Assembly (NCBI GenBank): GCA_041499375.1
Contig: JBGQKD010000002.1
Span: forward strand, 9,880-73,879
From: Gemmatimonadota bacterium
GTDB lineage: Bacteria; Gemmatimonadota; Gemmatimonadetes; Gemmatimonadales; GWC2-71-9
Length of the DNA: 64,000 bases
Direction of reading: 5' to 3'
The position numbers and the translations under genes were made by a program. Under the pieces are notes generated by a model. That model saw only the letters and a list, made by a program, of their open reading frames with translations. It ran no database searches and was not told the DNA's origin. Below, in pieces: positions 47,500 through 55,133 of the stretch; the first letter of the stretch is position 1, and every line of letters begins with the position of its first letter.

Positions 47500-48890
47500 G
47501 GCAGCGGCACGATGTCTTTGGAGAGCGGCGGACACACTTTCCCCACATACAACGAATCACACTGGCGCCGCGGCCAAGTCGGAAGACCGGTTCGGAAAAT
47601 CCATGAGAGACTGTCCACGTTCATGCGGAAGGCCTGGCCGAGCGTTACACCACTGCGGGGCGCGCGGGTTTCATCCTCTTCCATATGCCACATCAGGTTG
47701 GAGTGGCTGAAGCCCGGATCGTAGTCCGTGTGGCCGTAATCGGGGACCAGGAGTCCAAACGCGTGGCCGAGCTCGTGCGCCAGCGTACTCGTGGAGCGGT
47801 CCCTCACGCTCACGAGGATGACCGTGCCAGCCGATCCATCCCACGGGCAGCTGTAACCCGCCCAGGTCTGGGCCAAATCGCCGGGCGTTGCCGCCGGTTT
47901 GAAGATTTGGTCTACATACAGGATGTTCAGGCTGTCTCGTGCGATGGCGTTCGGCGCAGCGGAAGAAGGGACTCCGAGGTTCAGCAGGCTCAGCTTCAAG
48001 TCCGGACACGTGTAGTGAGGGGGCTGGGCGTCGAGAAGATATGAGCCCCTGCCGTCCGCCTTGCGAACGCGAAACTGAATCCTTAAGCCGGTTCTCTGCC
48101 GAGCAAATGCTTTTTGCGCGTAAGCGATGTCACCATCGGCATCATCAGTCGCGCCGTTATCGTTGCTGGTAATCCACAGTGTGACGGAAGGATTGAGGGG
48201 TGCGTCCAAGATTGGCGTCGTCGCTGCCGGAGACGTACGCAGATCGACCACCTCACGGCTCGGCTGGAACGTGACCGGGTGCAGCTGGAACCCTTGGTCC
48301 GTCGAGAACCGCACTACTTCTCCCTTGCCGCTTGTCAGGTTGCCGAGCACACCGAAGCGAACAAATGCTACGACCGAATGGCTCACGTTATGTGGTGGTA
48401 ATGTGTCGCTGAGTAGGGCGACGTCAGGCGCGTTGTTAGAACGATAATCGGCGTGCACCACGTCCTGAGTCAACATAGGACCGATGATGATGGCGGCGGA
48501 GTCGCGTAGTTCGGCGAACATAGCCATTACCCTTACGGTGTCGGTCGAGCCCGGTGTACCTCCGACAGCTTTTATGACCGCGGAATCGGCACCCGTCGAG
48601 ATCACCGCAGCACGGGAATCGACAGGGGTCCATTGTAGTGCCGAGCCCAGATCCGCAGCGCCAAAGAATCCACGATACTGATCGAGGACACGCGCTCGAA
48701 GGACGAAGAGGTCATCCGGGCGAGCGAAAACAGTTTGCGGAATCACTATGATCCGCTTCGCGTTCACGGGGGGCGGTTCGGGACGGTCCGTGCAGTACAT
48801 CCAGCCGGGTAACAGAAGCAGGGCAGGAAAGATCCGCGCGAATACCGCGCGGTGGGGAGCGCTTAACATCGGGGCAGCGACGGGCGGCAT
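47496..48890 (-). CDS. Secreted zinc metalloprotease, metzincin-like (HExxHxxG...Met-turn)
   Basis: ATG 48890 (or 48869) gives an N-terminal hydrophobic signal. The C-terminal motif reads LAHELGHAFGLLVPDYGHTD...SNLMW. The track start at 49463 runs through the divergent gene. Confidence 0.65.
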   Translation of the reverse strand: MPPVAAPMLSAPHRAVFARIFPALLLLPGWMYCTDRPEPPPVNAKRIIVIPQTVFARPDDLFVLRARVLDQYRGFFGAADLGSALQWTPVDSRAAVISTGADSAVIKAVGGTPGSTDTVRVMAMFAELRDSAAIIIGPMLTQDVVHADYRSNNAPDVALLSDTLPPHNVSHSVVAFVRFGVLGNLTSGKGEVVRFSTDQGFQLHPVTFQPSREVVDLRTSPAATTPILDAPLNPSVTLWITSNDNGATDDADGDIAYAQKAFARQRTGLRIQFRVRKADGRGSYLLDAQPPHYTCPDLKLSLLNLGVPSSAAPNAIARDSLNILYVDQIFKPAATPGDLAQTWAGYSCPWDGSAGTVILVSVRDRSTSTLAHELGHAFGLLVPDYGHTDYDPGFSHSNLMWHMEEDETRAPRSGVTLGQAFRMNVDSLSWIFRTGLPTWPRRQCDSLYVGKVCPPLSKDIVPLP

Positions 48891-49043
48891 GTCCCTCACC
48901 ACCTCCTGGTCAGACAATCGCCCCGTTTCGGGCGCGGGACTAGAATACGACCCGCATCCACGTGTCGCTAGGTGTAACAAGTTGAACACCGGACACCCCT
49001 TCGACGTAGAACAAGTGCCCATCACAACTGGAGCCTCAGCGGT

Positions 49044-49538
49044 ATGCGACTCATCACACGCTTGTTCCTTCTTTCGTTGGTATTTGCTGTACCGCTCGTT
49101 GCGCAGACGCCGGCCACCGGCGCAGCCCCGAACGGTCCCGAACCGCGCCGCTTCCAGCCTCCCCCCGATCACTGGATGACGATCGATTCGCTGAGCCAGA
49201 CCCTCGGGTTGACGCCCGCGCAGCGCACGAAGATCACGCCCGCCTACACCGCGCTGAATGGCGTGATGAAAGACGCCGCCGCGCGCCGGCTGGCGATCCG
49301 GCAGCAGATGCAGGCTTCGCGTGGTGGTTTCACACCGGGGCAGGAGCCCACGCCCGAGCAGCGCGCGAAGATGGACAGCGTGCGCACTGAGATGGAAGGG
49401 TTCCAGGCCGAAGCGGACCAGTGGTACGCCACGATCCGCAATAACCTGACGCCGGATCAGCAAACGAAGCTCGACGGGCTGCCCAAGCCGCAGGTGTTCC
49501 GGCGGCCGGGCATGGGAGGCGGGGGGCCGCGTCAGTAG
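49044..49538 (+). CDS. Periplasmic CpxP/Spy-family (LTxxQ) protein
   Basis: Signal peptide MRLITRLFLLSLVFAVPLVAQ and two LTxxQ motifs (LTPAQRTKI, LTPDQQTKL) in a helical 164-aa protein. Confidence 0.7.
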   Translation: MRLITRLFLLSLVFAVPLVAQTPATGAAPNGPEPRRFQPPPDHWMTIDSLSQTLGLTPAQRTKITPAYTALNGVMKDAAARRLAIRQQMQASRGGFTPGQEPTPEQRAKMDSVRTEMEGFQAEADQWYATIRNNLTPDQQTKLDGLPKPQVFRRPGMGGGGPRQ

Positions 49539-49577
49539 CCTGGCGGTTGCCTAAAGCGGGAGTCAGTATGTTCCCGC

Positions 49578-51920
49578 ATGCCGCCAGCCTCCGCTCCCAC
49601 CGAGCTGCAAGCCGCCCTCGCCGACCGCTACGTGATCGAGCGAGAGCTGGGCAGTGGCGGCATGGCGACGGTGTATCTCGCGCGCGATCTGAAGCACCGC
49701 CGTTTTGTGGCACTCAAGGTGCTGAGTCCGGCGCTGGCGGCATCCCTCGGCGCCGATCGCTTCCTCCGCGAAATCGAGCTGGCCGCGCGGCTGCAACATC
49801 CCCACATCGTGACGGTCTTCGACTCGGGCGACGCGGGCGGCATCCTGTGGTACACGATGCCATACGTGGAGGGCGAAACGCTGCGGGCGCGGCTCGAGCG
49901 CGAGCGGCAGCTGCCCCTCGACGTGGCGCTCCGGATCACCATCGAAGCGGCACGCGCGCTGGAGTTCGCGCATCAGCACGGCGTGCTGCACCGGGACGTG
50001 AAGCCCGAGAATCTGCTGCTCACCACGGACGGCTCGACCATGGTCGCCGATTTCGGGATCGCGCGGCCGTGGGCCGAGACCGGCGGGTTGACCCAGAGCG
50101 GAATGGTCGTGGGGACGCCGGCCTACATGAGTCCGGAGCAAGCGGCGGGCGAGCGGACGCTCGACGCGCGCACGGACGTGTACGCGCTGGGTTGTGTGCT
50201 CTACGAGATGCTCGCGGGCGAGATGCCGTACTCCGGCCCCAACGCGCAGGCGGTACTAGCCAAGCGATTGAGCGAGCCGGCGCCGTCCCTTCGGACTACG
50301 CGTGACCTCCCCGTCGCCGTCGAGCGCACGGTTGCGCGCGCGCTCGCCCGCACACGGGCCGATCGGTACGCGACCGCCGCGGAGTTCGCGCGCGCGCTGC
50401 AGTCGGTCGACGCGCCATCACGGCCGATCATGCGGCGGCGTTGGCTCGCAGCCACGGCGCTTGTGGTGGTGGTGCTCGGGGTCGCTGCCGCAATCCGTTT
50501 CCGCGCCGGCGCGTCGGGCACGGCGACGCCGGTTTCCGCTGCGGTGCTGCCATTCGCCGACCTCAGTGAAGCGAAAGACCAGGAGTATTTCAGCGACGGC
50601 CTCACCGACGAGCTGATCACCGCGTTGAGCCGGGTCGAAGGCATCCGCGTCGCCGCGCGGACGTCGTCATTTCAATTCAAGGGCAGGCAGATCGACGTGA
50701 GCGAGGTTGGCCGGCAGCTGCACGTGGGAGCGGTGCTCGAAGGGAGCGTGCGCAAGAGCGGCGATCGCGTGCGGATCGCGGCGCAGCTGGTGAGCACGCG
50801 CGACGGCTACCAGCTCTGGTCGGATGCGTACGACCGCGAGCTCAAGGATGTGTTCGGCGTGCAGGAGGACATCGCGCGTTCCATCATCTCGGCGCTGCAG
50901 GTCAAACTCGGCACGCGCGGCAGTCGCGCGCTGCGGGCGCGGCCCACCACCGACATCGAGGCGTACGATCTCTATCTCAAGGGACGGTTCGCGTGGAACC
51001 AGCGGACCAGAAGCGGCATGCAACTCGCGGTCCGCTATCTGGAACAAGCGGTGGCCCGCGACTCCACGTTTGGCCTCGCATGGGCCGCCCTCGCCGACGC
51101 CTACCTGCTGGTGATCCCATACGCAGGAACGTCCAAGGACGTGGACTGGCCGAAGGCGAAGGCCGTCGCGGCCCGGGCGCTGGCCATCGACAGCACCATA
51201 GGGGAAGCGTACACCGCGCTGGCATACGGCACGATGATCTACGACTGGGATTGGTCAGCTGCGGAGACGAACTTCCGGCGCGCCATCGCCGTCGATCCCA
51301 CGTACCCGACGGGACATCAGTGGTACGGCGATTTTCTGTGGTCCCAGGGGCGGTTCCGCGAAGCGATGGATCAGATGCGCGAGGCGCTGCGGCTGGATCC
51401 GCTTTCGCTCATCATCGGGGACGAGGTCGCGCAGACGTACTACCTGCAGCACCAGTACGACAGCGCCGAAGCGCAGCTCCGTGCCACGTTGCAGCTGGAT
51501 CCTAACTATGCCCACAGCCTGTACGTGTTGGGCATGGTCTATCTGGGCCAGCGCCGCTATCGCGAAGCGCGGGATGTGCTGCAGCACGCCGAGCAGCTCG
51601 GCGGCTTTCAAGAGGATCTCGCGGGCGCGCTTGGGTCCGCCTACGCGGAGGCGGGGGATCACGGCGCCGCAGCGCGTTACATCGCGGGACTCGAGCGCCG
51701 CGTGGCGGCCGGGCAGGTCGGTCCGTTCGCGCTGGCGTTGGCGTACACGGGCCAGGGGGATCGCACCCGGGCATTTGCGAACCTCGACCGAGCGATCACC
51801 ATACGCGACGCGTTCCTGCCCGAAGATTTCTTCGACCCCCAGCTCGATCGGCTGCGAGCCGATCCGCGCTTCGCGGCAATCGAGGCCCACATGCGGGGAG
51901 GCGGTGGGCCACACCACTAG
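49578..51920 (+). CDS. Transmembrane Ser/Thr protein kinase with periplasmic module and TPR repeats
   Basis: Kinase motifs GSGGMATVY, VALK, HRDVKPEN, DFG and SPEQ. TM segment WLAATALVVVVLGVAAAI. The periplasmic module reads AAVLPFADLSE...AVLEGSVRKSGDRVRIAAQLVSTRDG. It is followed by about 330 aa of TPR. Confidence 0.9.
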   Translation: MPPASAPTELQAALADRYVIERELGSGGMATVYLARDLKHRRFVALKVLSPALAASLGADRFLREIELAARLQHPHIVTVFDSGDAGGILWYTMPYVEGETLRARLERERQLPLDVALRITIEAARALEFAHQHGVLHRDVKPENLLLTTDGSTMVADFGIARPWAETGGLTQSGMVVGTPAYMSPEQAAGERTLDARTDVYALGCVLYEMLAGEMPYSGPNAQAVLAKRLSEPAPSLRTTRDLPVAVERTVARALARTRADRYATAAEFARALQSVDAPSRPIMRRRWLAATALVVVVLGVAAAIRFRAGASGTATPVSAAVLPFADLSEAKDQEYFSDGLTDELITALSRVEGIRVAARTSSFQFKGRQIDVSEVGRQLHVGAVLEGSVRKSGDRVRIAAQLVSTRDGYQLWSDAYDRELKDVFGVQEDIARSIISALQVKLGTRGSRALRARPTTDIEAYDLYLKGRFAWNQRTRSGMQLAVRYLEQAVARDSTFGLAWAALADAYLLVIPYAGTSKDVDWPKAKAVAARALAIDSTIGEAYTALAYGTMIYDWDWSAAETNFRRAIAVDPTYPTGHQWYGDFLWSQGRFREAMDQMREALRLDPLSLIIGDEVAQTYYLQHQYDSAEAQLRATLQLDPNYAHSLYVLGMVYLGQRRYREARDVLQHAEQLGGFQEDLAGALGSAYAEAGDHGAAARYIAGLERRVAAGQVGPFALALAYTGQGDRTRAFANLDRAITIRDAFLPEDFFDPQLDRLRADPRFAAIEAHMRGGGGPHH

Positions 51921-51960
51921 CGATGCTTCCTGCTCTCTCACTCGTTCTCGGATAGGTCCA

Positions 51961-54267
51961 ATGCTGCGTCGTCTCTTTGTTCTTCTTGGCACCTCACTCG
52001 TCGCGCTGTTGGGCAGCCTGGCTGCCCAACGCGCTTCGAGTGATTCGACGCTCCTCACCGTCGATCGCATCTTCGGGTCCCCCGAATTCCGCGGCGGCTC
52101 GCTCGGCTCGTTCGCCTGGCTCTCCGATGGCGTCGGGTATACGACGCTCGAGCCGACCGCCGGCGGGAAGGCGGGGGGGCCGGGCCAGGACATCGTCCGC
52201 TACGACGTCGAGACCGGCCTCAAGACGATTCTGGTGCCGGCGGCGCGGCTCGTGCCGGCGGGCGATTCCACGCCGCTCGAGATCGAAGAGTACTCGTGGT
52301 CGGCCGATGGCCGCCGCCTGCTGATCTTCACGAAGTCGCAGCAGGTGTGGCGGACCAATACGCGCGGCGACTACTGGGTGCTCGATCTCGCCGGGTGGAC
52401 CCTCAAGAAGCTGGGCGGCAACGGTCCCGCCTCGACGCTGATGTTCGCGAAGTTTTCGCCCGACGGCGGCCGCGTGGGGTGGGTGCGGTACGGCGAGTAC
52501 AACATCTACGTCGAGGACATCGCCGGCGGTAAGATCACGCAGCTGACGCGCGACGGCTCGCGCACGACGATCAACGGCACATTCGATTGGGTCTACGAAG
52601 AAGAGCTCGGGCTACAGGACGGCTGGCGCTGGAACTCCGACGGCCAATCGATCGCGTACTGGCAGCTCGACGCGACGGGCGTGCGCGATTTCCTCCTCTA
52701 CAATGTCACCGACTCGCTGTACGCCTTCACGATTCCCGTGCAGTACCCGAAAGCGGGACAGACGAATTCGGCGGGGCGCGTCGGCGTCGTGAACGCCGCG
52801 GGCGGCGAGACTCGGTGGATCAGCATCCCGGGCGATCCGCGCAACACCTACATCGCCCGCATGGAGTGGGTGCCTGCCCGGGGGGGGGGCGGCAGCAAAG
52901 AACTCGTCATTCAGCACATGAACCGGTTGCAGGACACGCTCCACGTCATGATCGCCAACGCGCAGACGGGACAGGTGCGGACAGTCATCACCGAGACGGA
53001 CAGCGCGTGGATCGAGCAGTTCGACGGGCTGCGCTTCCTGAACGGCGGCCGGGACATTCTGTGGCAGTCGGAGCGCAGCGGCTGGACGCAGCTGTATCTG
53101 TTTCCCAAGGACGGCGGCACCCCTCGCCCGCTGACGAGCGGCGCTTTTGACTTGCTCGGCGTGCAGCGCGTGGACACGATCGGCAAATGGGTCTACTACA
53201 TGGCGTCCCCTGACAATCCCACGCAGCGCTATCTCTATCGGATCAGCTACGGAAAACCGGGGCCGGCGCAGCGCGTCACGCCGACAGGCGAGCAGGGCGT
53301 GCATTTCTACGACATGTCGCCCGGCGGTCGGTTTGCCGTGCACGTCTATTCGCGCTTCGGCGTCCCGCCGACGACGACGTTGATCAACCTGCCGGACAAC
53401 CACTTGATTCGTACGCTGGTGGACAACGCCGCGCTGAAGGCAAAAGTCTCGGGGCTCAAGCTGGGGGCGACCGAGTTTCGCCAGGTCGATATCGGGAGCG
53501 GCATCAAGCTCAACGCCTGGTTCATCAAGCCGCCCAACTTTGATTCGACGTCGCGCTATCCCGTGTTCTTCTATGTGTACGGTGGCCCGGGATCACAGAC
53601 GGTTACCGACGCGTGGGGCGGGCAGAACTATCTCTGGTTTCAGATGCTGGCGCAGCGCGGCTACATCGTGGCCAGCGTCGACAATCGCGGCACGGGCGCG
53701 CGCGGCCGGGCGTGGCGCAAGCTGATTTATCGCCAGATGGGTGTCGTCGAGACGCAGGATCAGGCGGCGGCGGCGCGGGCGGTCGGCCGGCTCCCCTACA
53801 TCGACTCGACGCGGCTCGGCATCTGGGGCTGGAGCTACGGCGGCTTCATGACGCTGAACGCGCTGACCCAGGCGCCGGACGTCTACCGTATGGGGATTTC
53901 CGTCGCGCCGGTGACGCACTGGAAGTACTACGACACCATCTATACCGAGCGCTATAACGGCCTGCCGCAGGACAACGCCGCGGGGTACGACAAAGGCTCA
54001 CCGCTCACGTATGCGAAGAACCTGAAGGGCCGGTTGCTGATCGTGCACGGCTCGGGCGACGACAACGTGCACTTCCAGAACACGGAGGCGATGATCAACG
54101 CGCTGGTGGCGGCGGACCGGCCGTTCTCATTGATGGTGTATCCGAACCGCAATCACTCGATTTCGGGCGGGACGACGCGGCAACATCTCTTCACGCTCCT
54201 CACGAAGTTCGTCGAGGAGAATTTGCCGGCGACGACGAACGGGGAGCGCAGGGCTGCGCTACCGTAG
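51961..54267 (+). CDS. S9 family peptidase, dipeptidyl-peptidase IV type
   Basis: ATG 51961 gives the signal peptide MLRRLFVLLGTSLVALLGSLAAQ. DPPIV N-terminal motif NGTFDWVYEEE, nucleophile elbow GWSYGGFM, and HGSGDDNVH. Confidence 0.9.
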   Translation: MLRRLFVLLGTSLVALLGSLAAQRASSDSTLLTVDRIFGSPEFRGGSLGSFAWLSDGVGYTTLEPTAGGKAGGPGQDIVRYDVETGLKTILVPAARLVPAGDSTPLEIEEYSWSADGRRLLIFTKSQQVWRTNTRGDYWVLDLAGWTLKKLGGNGPASTLMFAKFSPDGGRVGWVRYGEYNIYVEDIAGGKITQLTRDGSRTTINGTFDWVYEEELGLQDGWRWNSDGQSIAYWQLDATGVRDFLLYNVTDSLYAFTIPVQYPKAGQTNSAGRVGVVNAAGGETRWISIPGDPRNTYIARMEWVPARGGGGSKELVIQHMNRLQDTLHVMIANAQTGQVRTVITETDSAWIEQFDGLRFLNGGRDILWQSERSGWTQLYLFPKDGGTPRPLTSGAFDLLGVQRVDTIGKWVYYMASPDNPTQRYLYRISYGKPGPAQRVTPTGEQGVHFYDMSPGGRFAVHVYSRFGVPPTTTLINLPDNHLIRTLVDNAALKAKVSGLKLGATEFRQVDIGSGIKLNAWFIKPPNFDSTSRYPVFFYVYGGPGSQTVTDAWGGQNYLWFQMLAQRGYIVASVDNRGTGARGRAWRKLIYRQMGVVETQDQAAAARAVGRLPYIDSTRLGIWGWSYGGFMTLNALTQAPDVYRMGISVAPVTHWKYYDTIYTERYNGLPQDNAAGYDKGSPLTYAKNLKGRLLIVHGSGDDNVHFQNTEAMINALVAADRPFSLMVYPNRNHSISGGTTRQHLFTLLTKFVEENLPATTNGERRAALP

Positions 54268-55132
54268 GTCCCACGCCGTCGCTTGGTTCGCGCTCGCGAC
54301 CCTCGTAGGGTGCGAGCCGCAGAGCCGTCCGAGCGGCGGCGCCGTGCCACGGGCGGGGCACGTGTTCGTCGTGACCGAGGAGAACCACGATTACGCGTCG
54401 GTGATCGGGAGCTCATCGATGCCGTATCTGAACACCCTCGCGCAGCAGTACGGTCTCGCGACGCAGTACTACGCGGACACGCATCCATCCATCGGCAACT
54501 ACTTCATGCTGGCGACGGGTCAGATCATCACGAACAACGACGGCTATTCCACGATCGTGACGGCGGACAACGTCGTGCGCCGTCTGCTGGCCGCGGGGAA
54601 GACATGGAAGTCGTACGCCGAGGATCTGCCGTCGGTCGGCTACACGGGGCCAGACGTGGGGGGCTACGCGCGCAAACACAACGTGTTCGCGCTGCTGTCC
54701 GACGTCGCGAACGACTCGGTGCAACGCAAGAACCTCGTGCCGTTCACCCAGTTCGCAACCGATCTCGCCAACGACGCACTGCCCGACTACGTGAACATCG
54801 TGCCGAATCTGTGCAACGACGCGCACGACTGTTCCCTGGCCACGGCCGACACCTGGCTGCAGACCAACATCGCGCCGCTGCTCGCGAGCGCGACGTTCCA
54901 GCTGGACGGCTTGCTGATTATCACGTTCGACGAAGCGGGGAGCGACAACATGCACGGTGGAGGGCAGATCGCGTGGATCGTCGTGAGCCCCAAAGCGAAG
55001 GTGCAGTACCAGTCGACCACCCTGTACCAGCACGAGAGCACGCTGCGCCTGACACTCGAGGTGTTGGGGATCACGCAGTTCCCCGGCGCGGCGGCGACGG
55101 CGCCGGCGATGGCTGAGTTCTTCACGCCGTGA
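54254..55132 (+). CDS. Phosphoesterase family (AcpA/phospholipase C-like) lipoprotein; probable CTG start
   Basis: Family motifs HVFVVTEENHDY, HPSIGNYFML and PNLCNDAHD. The track start is GTG 54344, but the frame upstream encodes a full lipoprotein signal (RYRRSHAVAWFALATLVGC) behind a GGGGAG SD and CTG 54254. Confidence 0.75.
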   Translation: MRYRRSHAVAWFALATLVGCEPQSRPSGGAVPRAGHVFVVTEENHDYASVIGSSSMPYLNTLAQQYGLATQYYADTHPSIGNYFMLATGQIITNNDGYSTIVTADNVVRRLLAAGKTWKSYAEDLPSVGYTGPDVGGYARKHNVFALLSDVANDSVQRKNLVPFTQFATDLANDALPDYVNIVPNLCNDAHDCSLATADTWLQTNIAPLLASATFQLDGLLIITFDEAGSDNMHGGGQIAWIVVSPKAKVQYQSTTLYQHESTLRLTLEVLGITQFPGAAATAPAMAEFFTP

Positions 55133-55133
55133 C

